The notes under the pieces are model-generated. The model was not told the DNA's origin, did not search any database, and worked only from the letters and a program-made list of their open reading frames with translations. Below are positions 6,546 to 15,642 of a stretch of 64,000 nucleotides of DNA, piece by piece; positions within the stretch are counted from its first letter, which is position 1; the number at the start of each line of letters is the position of its first letter. The stretch is from a virus (lineage: Duplodnaviria; Caudoviricetes): the IMG/VR virus record IMGVR_UViG_3300028603_000021, positions 32,001 through 96,000 of that record; one strand, written 5' to 3'. Made by a program: the position numbers and the translations under genes.

Positions 6546-7573
6546 CAGAGAGCCTCGATGTGGTACCTGTAGACAGCGTTAGCAGTGTGGCTCAGGTCAA
6601 GCTTCTCAGCGAAGTAGTATTCTAGGTTGTCTCTGCCATAACCCAAGGCCTCAGCAAGGTCAGCATAGCTGTTCGCTACTTTACCCTTCATGCTGTAGCT
6701 AGAGACAGCACCCTTAAGCTCTGCAATAAAATCCTCGTAGTAGCCGTCTTCATCCTCTTGGATGTCGTAGTCTTCTGCGCTGAGGTCGTCGTTGTAGAAA
6801 AGGTCATCCCACGCCTCGTTGAGTTCTGAGGTTCTTACTACATAGCGGCAGACACGCACCTTGGCATTATCGTAATCAAGGGGCACCGACACTACGTCTC
6901 GTGGGTTTACCTCCACACCCACCAAGCGCGGCGCAAACCCAGTCGCGTACTGGTAGCTGCCGACGTGCAACCCGACATCACAGGCTTTTGTTGCGTCGGA
7001 GCTTACTCGGCTGCGTGGAAACTCAACCACGTTACCTACCGCATTATCCAAGCGTCCATGCTCGATAACTTCCCCGTTCACGATGCCGTAACCAGCATGG
7101 ACTGAAAAACCATCCGTGTTTACGCCCTTGTAAGCAAGGAAATTTCCCGAAGCCGTGATAGAAAGACCGTGCCTCGTCAAGAAGTTGTAGAGCTGCTCAC
7201 GGCTCTCCGCGTTAGGGTTCTGCATCAAGTTCTCAAGGAAGTTGAGCATAGGGGTGATGTTTTCGTAGCCGCGCCTGTAGCGTTCGGCAATCGCATCACT
7301 CAGAACCCCAGGAAGAACTTCACCATCGAAGTAGATTCCTCCGTTGTCACCGTATGAGATACGGTCTGTGAGTGCTTCGAGGTAGGTAGCGATGTTACTC
7401 CCAGGTGTGTTGAGCAAGTCACGAAGGTCTTCTTCGCTCACTCCGGAAATCAGAGCCTCGACAATCTTCCGAGAGCGTGGGTGGTCTCCACGGATCACGT
7501 GGAGACTCCCGTCCTCTAGAGTTACCGATGCTGTCGTGTTGTCGTTGCTTGAAGTTATAAGGTATGAATACAT
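6545..7573 (-). CDS. rIIB: rIIB-like protein
   Basis: ITASGNFLAYKGV..VGNVVEFPR..ACDVGLHVG..VEVNPRDVVSVPLDY..KVRVCRY motifs; follows rIIA. Confidence 0.88.
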   Translation of the reverse strand: MYSYLITSSNDNTTASVTLEDGSLHVIRGDHPRSRKIVEALISGVSEEDLRDLLNTPGSNIATYLEALTDRISYGDNGGIYFDGEVLPGVLSDAIAERYRRGYENITPMLNFLENLMQNPNAESREQLYNFLTRHGLSITASGNFLAYKGVNTDGFSVHAGYGIVNGEVIEHGRLDNAVGNVVEFPRSRVSSDATKACDVGLHVGSYQYATGFAPRLVGVEVNPRDVVSVPLDYDNAKVRVCRYVVRTSELNEAWDDLFYNDDLSAEDYDIQEDEDGYYEDFIAELKGAVSSYSMKGKVANSYADLAEALGYGRDNLEYYFAEKLDLSHTANAVYRYHIEAL

Positions 7574-7575
7574 TT

Positions 7576-9525
7576 TTATCCTTCTCCTCTCTCGTTGATG
7601 TAGTTCTGAAGCTCTTCTAAGCCTGCGCTGAACAGAAGTGGGTATTCTTTTCTCGCCTCTTCCAGAGCCTCCTTTATCTCTTTCTCAGCCGCTTGCAGCC
7701 TATCACGCACCTCTGTGAGAACCGTGTGACTTATTCCGCTGCCCTTCAGCCTGAGCAAGGTGGCGATTGTTTTCTGCGTAGTATCCCCGTAGGAGGGAAA
7801 ACCACGAAGCTTACCCAGAGCCTCAGAGCCGCCCTTGGTGCTGCGGAAAGCCGAGTAGTTTGTGAACATGTAGCTGCTCACGTAGTTTTTCCTAGCGAAC
7901 ATCATGAGGGCTTCCTTCGAGATGCTCACGGCAGAAAGTGTGTCGTCAACAAACTTCGAAACGTGCCTAGCGCCCTTGAGCCCCTTGTAGACGTGCTCAG
8001 TGTCCTTCTTAGACACGTGCATGTTAGTCGGGATGATAGTCGTAACAGACGCTAGCTCCTTAACCACGGGAAGGTACTTATCCCAGTCGTTTCTGTTCCC
8101 GTAGACGACCTTTGTAAGGTCAGCATTCTTCTTATTAACTAAAACTTGCTTCCAGTCGCGTGTGAAGACGCGGAGCCTGGGTTCCTTCTTCTCACCCGGT
8201 GCCCTAGAGTCAAGCTTGATGCTGTTGATTTCTTCGTGAGACACGTACATGCGCTCTGGAATAACCTCAGAGGAGGGTTTCGCGCCTGTGATGGCGTACA
8301 CAGTGCACCCATTGTCCTGGGCGTACTTCTTTATCTTGCGTGCGAAATAGCCACTGGGCGCACCTTTGTAGAAAACTATATCACCAGAGCCCCTGTAGTG
8401 AGAGTAGTAGGGAAAAGCTGTGTAGCTCTTGGCTCTCTCCTTTGAATCCGGGGTGTACTTCGTGCACTGAAAGTTAAGTTCGTCTGGACGATATTTCAGA
8501 CTCCTGCCCTTGTAGTGTGGGTCAAGGTTAAAATACAACGCCCCGCCCTGCCACGCCTTCTGCGCAATCTGGTATGCCTCAAGCAGTGTTTCTGCTTCTT
8601 CTACCTCTTTTTCAACCTTAGACTGAAGCAGGGCTTCCGCTTGGGCAATTGCTTGTTTGACAAATTCTTTTGTGCGCTTAGTGGCATGAAGCTCCTCTCG
8701 GCTGGGGGTAAAATCTACAGCCCCTAGTGGAGCAAACACGAGAAGGCTGTTTGCCCGGTTCTTTTCGTCCCAGTCTAAATCTAACGCTGAGTTGCGGAAC
8801 GGGTATGCCACATTCCCCATCACAACTGCCCCGCCGTTATCGACCAGATATATAGAGTCAGACAACTTTTCCGCCGCGTCAACCGCGCTGACTACAGAGA
8901 AAGTCCCGTTGAACTCTGGCATAACATCCCAGTACTGGAAAATGTTCTTCATCTCTGTGTGGAACTGCGAGAGATTTGTATACCCGTTACCAGGAAGTGG
9001 GATGCTAACCAGGACACCGTTGGGCTCGTCTGTTATCGACGCAGACAGCTGAGTAAGGGTAGGGACACCCGCGTCATTCTTGTAAATCGAGTAAACCCCC
9101 TTGTTGCCGTCTTTGACAGTAGTCAGGGTGAACTGGTCTACGTAGGTCAGCGCAGACTTGCACCCCAAACCAAGCTGCCCGGTGGTGTCTGCCGACGTGC
9201 GCTTGGTCGAAGCCCCGTAAGCTCCGTAGATATCAAAGATTTCATCGTGGCTGAGACCTAGGCCAAAGTCCTGCACCGAAAACACGGGGTTAAGAGCGGT
9301 GGGTACACCAACCTTAATCGGCAGGTTGGGCTTGCCAGCAGCTACATGAGAGTCCATGGCGTTCGTGGAGTACTCTCGGATAACCGCTGCCACAGGGTTA
9401 GAGTAAAGGTTGGTGAGAACGTTCATCAGGTGTGGCAGGCTTGCTGTGTCGATTGTCATACCTTGCGTGCGCAAGGTTCCGCCAGACCGGATAACGCTCT
9501 CTTGGTTGGTATTAGGGATGCTCAA
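7576..9525 (-). CDS. rIIA: rIIA-like protein (GHKL ATPase domain)
   Basis: LYSNPVAAVIREYSTNAMDSH, DFGLGLS, STK, GQLGLGCKS, TPSREEL. Confidence 0.9.
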   Translation of the reverse strand: MSIPNTNQESVIRSGGTLRTQGMTIDTASLPHLMNVLTNLYSNPVAAVIREYSTNAMDSHVAAGKPNLPIKVGVPTALNPVFSVQDFGLGLSHDEIFDIYGAYGASTKRTSADTTGQLGLGCKSALTYVDQFTLTTVKDGNKGVYSIYKNDAGVPTLTQLSASITDEPNGVLVSIPLPGNGYTNLSQFHTEMKNIFQYWDVMPEFNGTFSVVSAVDAAEKLSDSIYLVDNGGAVVMGNVAYPFRNSALDLDWDEKNRANSLLVFAPLGAVDFTPSREELHATKRTKEFVKQAIAQAEALLQSKVEKEVEEAETLLEAYQIAQKAWQGGALYFNLDPHYKGRSLKYRPDELNFQCTKYTPDSKERAKSYTAFPYYSHYRGSGDIVFYKGAPSGYFARKIKKYAQDNGCTVYAITGAKPSSEVIPERMYVSHEEINSIKLDSRAPGEKKEPRLRVFTRDWKQVLVNKKNADLTKVVYGNRNDWDKYLPVVKELASVTTIIPTNMHVSKKDTEHVYKGLKGARHVSKFVDDTLSAVSISKEALMMFARKNYVSSYMFTNYSAFRSTKGGSEALGKLRGFPSYGDTTQKTIATLLRLKGSGISHTVLTEVRDRLQAAEKEIKEALEEARKEYPLLFSAGLEELQNYINERGEG

Positions 9526-9596
9526 AGTAGTTCCTCCTCACTAGATTTCCTTCTGAAGTCAGTCTAGTCTACGTCTTTGTGAGAATGATGAGTAAC

Positions 9597-10013
9597 CTAC
9601 CTAGACCATCGTTTCTTCTGCCGGAAGACTACGGGGTAGGCTATCCCAAGCTCTCTGGAAATCTGGCTGACTGTCTTGTTCTCCCAGTCAACAGCATCCC
9701 AGTCCGTCACCCAACGGCCTTTACGCGGCTTAGGTGTTGGCTTTTTTACCTCTGCTCCTACTAAGGTAAGGTCTTTCTGGATAGTAGACACAGAGACGTT
9801 AAACTCGTCTGCCCACTCCTTGGCTGTTTTAATACCGCCGGACTCAGCCAGAACCTTGCGCCTCACGGCACTTCGGCTGAGGCTGCGAGGCTTACCAAGA
9901 GCGTGCCTTACCTGATGGACGCGCTGCCTGGTTACTCCCACGAGTCTGGCTATCTCAGAGTCAGTCATATCCCAGTCTACAGCTTCCCAGTCTGTCATTG
10001 TTGTTTCACCCAC
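9597..10013 (-). CDS. multi-HTH DNA-binding protein
   Basis: SEIARLVGVTRQRV, WADEFNVSVSTIQKDL, SQISRELGI; duplicated DWxAVDW. Confidence 0.75.
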   Translation of the reverse strand: MGETTMTDWEAVDWDMTDSEIARLVGVTRQRVHQVRHALGKPRSLSRSAVRRKVLAESGGIKTAKEWADEFNVSVSTIQKDLTLVGAEVKKPTPKPRKGRWVTDWDAVDWENKTVSQISRELGIAYPVVFRQKKRWSR

Positions 10014-10537
10014 TTTCTAGGGGTCATGCTCAGAAGTAGCTTAGAGATGTTATAAGCATCGTCGCCCCCGTCGTGATGTCGCCCCTCAAGCTCAAGACCA
10101 GCGACCCGCATAGCTGTATCCATACCGCAGCTCTGTCCTGTAAGAACAAAAAACATCAGCTTGACGTTAAGGTGCTGCATGTTCACCGGATAGCGTATGT
10201 ACTTCCTCTCTGCCTCAGTAAAGATCATCCTGCGGTCGTAGTCTCCCCAGGATGCCCATGGGAGCCTAGTGAGGCGGAATTTTTCCTCTAGGGTTCTGAA
10301 AGCTTCCTCTAGGAAAACTCCCTCAGAAAAAACCCGAACCTGTGTCAAGCCAGTCAGGTCTTCGCAGAAGTCACTCAAGGTGAACGACAGCATCGGCTTC
10401 ACTATAACAGAAAAAGGCGGCGTTACCGTCCTCTTGTTAGTATCAACCTGAGAGACACCTATCTGTATGATCTCTGAGGGAGTAGTACTCGGTGTATCCC
10501 AGCACGTAGCCTCCAGGTCTATGACATTGATCTTCAC
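9995..10537 (-). CDS. DEDDh 3'-5' exonuclease (ERI-1/KapD-like)
   Basis: VIDLEATCW, EIIQIG, WGDYD, HHDGGDDA. Confidence 0.9.
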   Translation of the reverse strand: MKINVIDLEATCWDTPSTTPSEIIQIGVSQVDTNKRTVTPPFSVIVKPMLSFTLSDFCEDLTGLTQVRVFSEGVFLEEAFRTLEEKFRLTRLPWASWGDYDRRMIFTEAERKYIRYPVNMQHLNVKLMFFVLTGQSCGMDTAMRVAGLELEGRHHDGGDDAYNISKLLLSMTPRKWVKQQ

Positions 10538-10893
10538 TCCCTATACACTCCTTGACGGTATTCCCGGCTTGCTTTCCGTATATTATCTATCTCGTCCTCA
10601 GATAGCTGCTCGTATTCATCCCAGGTTATGCCTGGAAAGATGGGCTCTTTCAGCAGGGAAAATCCCTTCTCTGCATCCATTATCTCCCTCTCAGTAACAT
10701 AGACCTCCTCTAGGTCACCCCACACCGTGTCCCGCACATACAGTGGATGGACACCAAAGGTTTGTCCCATAAGCTCGATGTTAGACTTGTCGTTGTTGAA
10801 GGCAACTACAGCCTCCGCTAACTCTTTAGATTCTGTCAGAAGCCTGGTTGTGACCGACTCCGGAGTATACGACTCCACTGCATACAGCTTCAT
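10534..10893 (-). CDS. hypothetical protein
   Basis: First gene after promoter, GAAAGGTGG RBS. Confidence 0.65.
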   Translation of the reverse strand: MKLYAVESYTPESVTTRLLTESKELAEAVVAFNNDKSNIELMGQTFGVHPLYVRDTVWGDLEEVYVTEREIMDAEKGFSLLKEPIFPGITWDEYEQLSEDEIDNIRKASREYRQGVYRE

Positions 10894-10914
10894 CTAAACC
10901 ACCTTTCTTGCTTC

Positions 10915-10943
10915 AATATACTTCATATACGACAGATTGTCAA
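10915..10943 (-). promoter_or_regulatory. sigma70-type promoter
   Basis: TTGACA-17 nt-TATATT. Confidence 0.75.
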
Positions 10944-10950
10944 GTAGACA

Positions 10951-10978
10951 AGAAAAACCCCGAACGATCCGTCCGGGG
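10951..10978 (-). terminator. intrinsic terminator
   Basis: CCCCGGACG-GAT-CGTTCGGGG followed by TTTTTCT. Confidence 0.8.
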
Positions 10979-10979
10979 T

Positions 10980-11205
10980 ACCGTGGTAACAGGCTTGGGT
11001 CAGTATCTTGCGTGCGGCCACACACTCAACTCCTGACTAGCGGCTACGTCCTGTTCCAACTATCCGCTCCGTTGTTTACGGCTTGTGTCAAAGCGTTGGG
11101 AATTGAACCCGAGCAACAAACACGAGGTAGCGAGCCTCTGTTATTGCCACACAACCAGTGGCACTTCGTTGACATAGATATCCTGCTACGAGCCTCTGTG
11201 AGAAT
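10980..11205 (-). ncRNA. putative structured ncRNA containing a tRNA-like module (11086-11174)
   Basis: Lies between two terminators, no credible ORF; D-like hairpin, extended anticodon-like arm, GGGTTCAATTCCC T-arm. Confidence 0.55.
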
Positions 11206-11240
11206 AATTAGAAAACCCAATATTCCGTCACTATAATATA

Positions 11241-11269
11241 AAAGAGCTTCGGAGGGTATCCCCCGAAGC
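11241..11269 (-). terminator. terminator after tmRNA
   Basis: GCTTCGGGGG-ATAC-CCTCCGAAGC followed by TCTTTT. Confidence 0.75.
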
Positions 11270-11273
11270 ATCG

Positions 11274-11635
11274 TGGTGGACTCGTCGGCTTCGCAGCCGA
11301 GTCCTGAACTCTTATCCCAAGGTTGTCTACATGTGTATCTGTTTTATATGTTCGCCATGAAAACAGCAAAACCGGCTAGCTCTATGTACGTGCCTTCTTA
11401 TCAGAGCTTTTCAGGGGCACGCCCTCTAAGTTGACGGTTACAGAGTAGAGGAGTCGTCTGTAACCCGCCTAGCTTACGCGGCTAGGGCTTGAGGCTGTGA
11501 CGCTCCGAGGAAAACCCACGGAAGCGTTTCAGAAGTTTTGTCAGTTAGACTTTTTCCAGATTTTTAACGAGGCCATCCGGAACCCTCGACATGCTAACCT
11601 TGTCTTCAGAGCCCAGTCGAAACTGTTTCGAGCCC
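11274..11635 (-). ncRNA. ssrA: tmRNA
   Basis: GGGCTCG/CGAGTCC-ACCA acceptor with G3-U70, TTCGAC, GCATGTCGAGG pk1 region, tag ORF 11542-11474 (A)DKTSETLPWVFLGASQPQALAA*. Confidence 0.93.
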
Positions 11636-11695
11636 ATGTAGTTCTCACTGTCTAACTGTCGTGGTGGTAGAACAAAGTTCCTCCACATCATCCGT

Positions 11696-11917
11696 TCATC
11701 CTCTCTCTCTTATGTTAGCCTCTCTCCTCTTGAAGAGGAAGCTGGCTCCTATGTAGGTGACTATCAGAACTATACTCAGTGCGGTTGTGTAGTGCGGAGG
11801 CGGATTGGTGGCGAGAGCGATACCGAATATCTCCTTTACAAGCAAAGCTGCGCCTAGCAGTGCGAAAGCTTCCTTTACGCACAGCCAGAAACGTATCAAC
11901 GGGGATTTGGCTATCAT
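11696..11917 (-). CDS. small membrane protein
   Basis: Two TM segments. Confidence 0.55.
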   Translation of the reverse strand: MIAKSPLIRFWLCVKEAFALLGAALLVKEIFGIALATNPPPHYTTALSIVLIVTYIGASFLFKRREANIRERG

Positions 11918-11963
11918 CTGTATCACCCTACTGCTTAGATTATAGCAGCTCGCTACGCCCCTG

Positions 11964-12167
11964 TCAACCACCAAGCCTGCGTCGGCGTAGCTTATCGAAG
12001 AGTATCCTACCACCAACATAAGACGCTATAAGCACAACGCTGAGCAGAATTATCACAGCAGACCCTGGATTACATCTACCTAGTGCACCAGCAAAGATTT
12101 CCATGAAGATCATCCCAGCGCCAGCGAAGGCCATACCTTCTAGCCATATCCTAGGTATCATATACAT
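11964..12167 (-). CDS. small membrane protein
   Basis: Two TM segments, basic tail. Confidence 0.55.
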   Translation of the reverse strand: MYMIPRIWLEGMAFAGAGMIFMEIFAGALGRCNPGSAVIILLSVVLIASYVGGRILFDKLRRRRLGG

Positions 12168-12200
12168 CTACCTTACCACACATCTTGTACCTTTTCAACT

Positions 12201-13511
12201 TCACAGCACAAACAGCAGCACAACCGAAAATGCGGCTATAATCCAGAGAGTCAGTGGCATTGTTTTTCTCATGGCAGCGCGGATTACCGTATAGGACACG
12301 ATGCCAAGGACTATACCTGTGGTGATGCTGTATGTGAACGGGATAGCTACCATGGCGATGAAAGCGGGTACTGAGTTAGAGTAGTCTCCCCAGTCCATGT
12401 CCTTGAGCGTGGTAATCATGAACAAACCGACAAGCACGAGTACGGGGGCGGTGGCTACGCTCGGGATAAACACCAGCAGCGGAGCAAAGAACATGAAGGG
12501 CAGAAACAACAGTCCTGTTACGACAGCAGTAAGACCCGACCTACCACCTTCGGCTACCCCAGAAGCAGACTCGATGTACGCAGTACCAGGCGAGCTGCCG
12601 GTAAGACCTGAGATAGTTGTAGACACAGCGTCTACCATCAGCGCTTTCCCGATGTTCTTAGCTTCTCCCTTGTCGTCTACAAGACCTGCGGCCTTAGAGA
12701 CACTCATGAAGGTTGATATACTATCGAACATGTCAGTAAACAGAAGAGCAAACACAGGAGAGATAACAGCCACAGTCATCAAGCCAGCGAAGTCCAGTGC
12801 GAAGAACGCCTCTAGAGAGGGCGTAGCTACTACAGCAGTAGGTAGAGTCACACCTGTAGCGGCGGAAAACATGGGAACCAGCGCAGCTAAGACGGCCACC
12901 CCGATAACCGAGATTATCAAAGCACCCCTCACATGCAGTGCCAGCAGGATAGCGGCAACGACTAGACCGATCAAAAACAACCAGAAGACCGGGGAAGCCC
13001 CACCAAACGAAACCAAGGTGGCGGCGTTAGCTATGACAACTCCCGAGTTCTGTAAGCCGATGAACGCTAGGAACAGCCCGATACCGCCTGCGACTCCTGA
13101 CCTTATGCCTAGGGGTACAGCAGCTGCAATCTTTTCTCTGAGCCGCAGCTGTGGTAATGAGATTATCAAGAACACCACACCTGACAGAAACACAGCTGCT
13201 AGCGCGGTCTGCCATGTGAGTCCCAAGGTCAGCACCAACGTATACGTAAAGAAGGCGTTCAGCCCCATACCGGGGGCTAGGGCAATCGGTAAGTTAGCGA
13301 CGAACCCCATCAAGATGCTAGATAACCCCGCTACCAGCACCGTAGCAAACAGTGCAGCACTGAGTGGTATCCCAGCATCCGACAGGATGAGTGGGTTAAC
13401 GATGATGATATACGCCATCGTCAGGAAGGTGGTTATACCAGCCAGAACCTCGGTACGGATGTTCGTACCAAGGCTGTCCAGCTGGAATCGTTTAGTTAGC
13501 CAGTTTGTCAT
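12201..13511 (-). CDS. NCS2/AzgA-family purine (guanine/hypoxanthine/adenine) permease
   Basis: RTEVLAGITTFLTMAYIIIVNP, ALAPGMGLNAFF, YIESASGVAEGGRSGLT; many TM helices. Confidence 0.93.
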   Translation of the reverse strand: MTNWLTKRFQLDSLGTNIRTEVLAGITTFLTMAYIIIVNPLILSDAGIPLSAALFATVLVAGLSSILMGFVANLPIALAPGMGLNAFFTYTLVLTLGLTWQTALAAVFLSGVVFLIISLPQLRLREKIAAAVPLGIRSGVAGGIGLFLAFIGLQNSGVVIANAATLVSFGGASPVFWLFLIGLVVAAILLALHVRGALIISVIGVAVLAALVPMFSAATGVTLPTAVVATPSLEAFFALDFAGLMTVAVISPVFALLFTDMFDSISTFMSVSKAAGLVDDKGEAKNIGKALMVDAVSTTISGLTGSSPGTAYIESASGVAEGGRSGLTAVVTGLLFLPFMFFAPLLVFIPSVATAPVLVLVGLFMITTLKDMDWGDYSNSVPAFIAMVAIPFTYSITTGIVLGIVSYTVIRAAMRKTMPLTLWIIAAFSVVLLFVL

Positions 13512-13528
13512 TTTTCCTCTTTCCGAGT

Positions 13529-14530
13529 TCAGTTGAACTCTTCCCCGGTCGCCTTCTTGGCGTACTTAGGGTTGATGAACTTAAGAATCAGTCTGGTACC
13601 TTTTGAGGTACGGCGAGGCTCTACGGGCTGCACAACACAACCTTCTCGGATGTGAAGCTCTCTACCGCTTACCTGCTCCATGCCCTTGGCCAGCTCTTCT
13701 GCTTTCTCCTCGCTGAATTCTCCCTCATACAGGATCGGGACACTAAGATACTCTAGCTCATCAGGCAACGGCAGCGACTGAGTGTTGTTTCTGTATTCGA
13801 ACAGCCGCAGGGTAGGCTCTGACTGCCCGTAGGTGTAACCCTTCTGGCATGGGATCATCTCTCCCACAAAATGATGTGTGGTATCGTTACTTAATGTAGC
13901 AAGCACCTCTTGCATACCGCTGTTGCGGAAAGCTTTCCAATAGGAGTTACCTTCGGACTCTTTGATAGCTAAACCACGCTTGAGCAAACCCTTGGAGGAA
14001 ATCCACACCTTACCGTCCCTGTAGATAACATTTTCCTGGGACCCGTGGAGTTTTTCTGAGATAACCACGGTTTCTCCAGGTTCCATGTCATCCTGAAATA
14101 TGCGGTAGTTATCTACGTCGTAGTACGTGATAAACGGTACATCAATTTCTTCGACTTCACCCTGTAGTTCTGTGGGGATAGGTCTGACATACTCCGTGAT
14201 GCCAAGCTTTTCTGATGTGTCTTCCCCTAAAGGTACGTTTGGCTTCAGATAGTCTGGCAGCGAGAGCACGACACCTTGTGAAAGCTCACCACGAAGCCTG
14301 ACCTCTTTAACACGGTTCTTTTCAGCACCAGTAAGGTAGTCTCGGAAAGGCTCAGCTAGCTCATCAGGCAGCAAACTATCCTTGGGGGCGAACAAGACGA
14401 CATCTCCGTCTTGGTACAAACCCTTCTGGACTACTAATGAATAAGTCCCTACCCTAGCGACCTCTAGCTTGTCTGCGTTAGGGTGGGGGAACAGTTTTAT
14501 CTCTTCTAGAGAAACTTTCCACTCTGACAC
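13529..14530 (-). CDS. ATP-dependent RNA ligase, DRB0094/Rnl5 family
   Basis: N-terminal HPNADKLEVA OB domain, RLRGELSQG, motif I EKLHGS, REGCVV, LKFINPKY. Confidence 0.9.
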   Translation of the reverse strand: MSEWKVSLEEIKLFPHPNADKLEVARVGTYSLVVQKGLYQDGDVVLFAPKDSLLPDELAEPFRDYLTGAEKNRVKEVRLRGELSQGVVLSLPDYLKPNVPLGEDTSEKLGITEYVRPIPTELQGEVEEIDVPFITYYDVDNYRIFQDDMEPGETVVISEKLHGSQENVIYRDGKVWISSKGLLKRGLAIKESEGNSYWKAFRNSGMQEVLATLSNDTTHHFVGEMIPCQKGYTYGQSEPTLRLFEYRNNTQSLPLPDELEYLSVPILYEGEFSEEKAEELAKGMEQVSGRELHIREGCVVQPVEPRRTSKGTRLILKFINPKYAKKATGEEFN

Positions 14531-14553
14531 TGAAAATCTCCGATCTTAGTTAG

Positions 14554-14706
14554 CTACTGTCGCGCAGGTTTAGCACTGAGCGAAGTTATCACGGCGTAGT
14601 ATATCGTAAACGGCAGCAAAACTATCCACCAAGCCCAGCTGATAATCCCGCTGAGTTTTATGGATATAAAAATCAAACCTGTTAGGTAAGCGATTGCTTG
14701 TAGCAT
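14554..14706 (-). CDS. small membrane protein (50 aa), similar to 22862-23068
   Basis: LIFISIKLSGIISWAWWIVLLP motif; GGGGAGG RBS. Confidence 0.6.
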   Translation of the reverse strand: MLQAIAYLTGLIFISIKLSGIISWAWWIVLLPFTIYYAVITSLSAKPARQ

Positions 14707-14759
14707 GTGTCACCTCCCCCAGGTGTGACGTATGTCAGAGTGGCGTAGTATACCACTTC

Positions 14760-15020
14760 TTACTTGAAGTAACTTTCTGCCCTGGCCTTAAACTTCTCTA
14801 GGTCTCTGCGGTACTTCCCAGGGAAAAACGCCTTAGTACCCCTCCGAAGACGACCACGGGCGATAGTCACCCCGAGCTTCTTGTTGAATCCGTCCTTGGG
14901 GTGCTTGACAGACCAACCGACCCGGCATCGTCCGTCTTCTCCCTTACTAGCGAGCAGGACGCCTACTGGTTGTCCGTCCTTATCTCGTAAAAACTGCCGA
15001 AGTTCATCCATATTTGACAC
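14760..15020 (-). CDS. hypothetical phage protein
   Basis: VGWSVKHPKDGFNKKLGVTIARGR motif; AAGGAG RBS. Confidence 0.65.
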   Translation of the reverse strand: MSNMDELRQFLRDKDGQPVGVLLASKGEDGRCRVGWSVKHPKDGFNKKLGVTIARGRLRRGTKAFFPGKYRRDLEKFKARAESYFK

Positions 15021-15060
15021 TCCTTCCTTTTCTAAAGGTTACTACACTGATAAATTAGAA

Positions 15061-15642
15061 TTATGAGGACTTCTTCTTTCTCCGGGATTTTCTCTCAGCG
15101 AAGACTACTTTATCGTAGTATTCCGTTATCTCTGGAACGGTAACTCCAAACCAAGCGCTTACCTCTTCGAGAAGCGCCATGTACGATGCCCTGAAATCCC
15201 CGTCAAATCTTTTAAAAAACTTAGCGGCAGTTATCTCCGTTATAGCTTGCCCTATATTTCTCTGGTACCCTGGGGTGCGTGGATGCACGATAACAAGATA
15301 CTTGTCATAGCCACGGAACTCATCACTCAGAGTCAAATCCTTCATAACACGTATGATCCTCTGCCTGCCACCGTGGTTAAGAGTGTTGTAGCGGTTTTTT
15401 ATCTCTGCGATCACCTTGCGGTCATGTGAGACAATATCAGCCCCTTCGATGTCTAGGTGAGTGAAGCCTAGAGCCTCTGCGGTCATGATCTCCATGAGCT
15501 TGCCTACATGGTTCTGCACTGTCTTCCTCTGACTCTCACTCAGGCCACCGAGACCATCAGATATAACCCCAGCGAGCAAGTCCTCAAAAAGCTCTCCTGT
15601 AGGTATTGTGAGTGTTTTTATGTAGTCTAACGCCTTACTCAC
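15061..15642 (-). CDS. Eco47II-like PD-(D/E)xK restriction endonuclease
   Basis: QKTVQNHVGKLME..ADIVSHDRKVIAEIKNRYNTLN. Confidence 0.65.
   Translation of the reverse strand: MSKALDYIKTLTIPTGELFEDLLAGVISDGLGGLSESQRKTVQNHVGKLMEIMTAEALGFTHLDIEGADIVSHDRKVIAEIKNRYNTLNHGGRQRIIRVMKDLTLSDEFRGYDKYLVIVHPRTPGYQRNIGQAITEITAAKFFKRFDGDFRASYMALLEEVSAWFGVTVPEITEYYDKVVFAERKSRRKKKSS

Noticed and set aside
10980-11205. RNase P, SRP or 6S RNA
   Set aside because: Could not find the RNase P P4 consensus (GAGGAAAGUCC), the SRP helix-8 motif or the 6S long-duplex pattern; left unassigned.
12397-13536. 379-aa plus-strand ORF
   Set aside because: Antisense shadow of the NCS2 permease; Ala/Thr/Pro-rich with no motifs.
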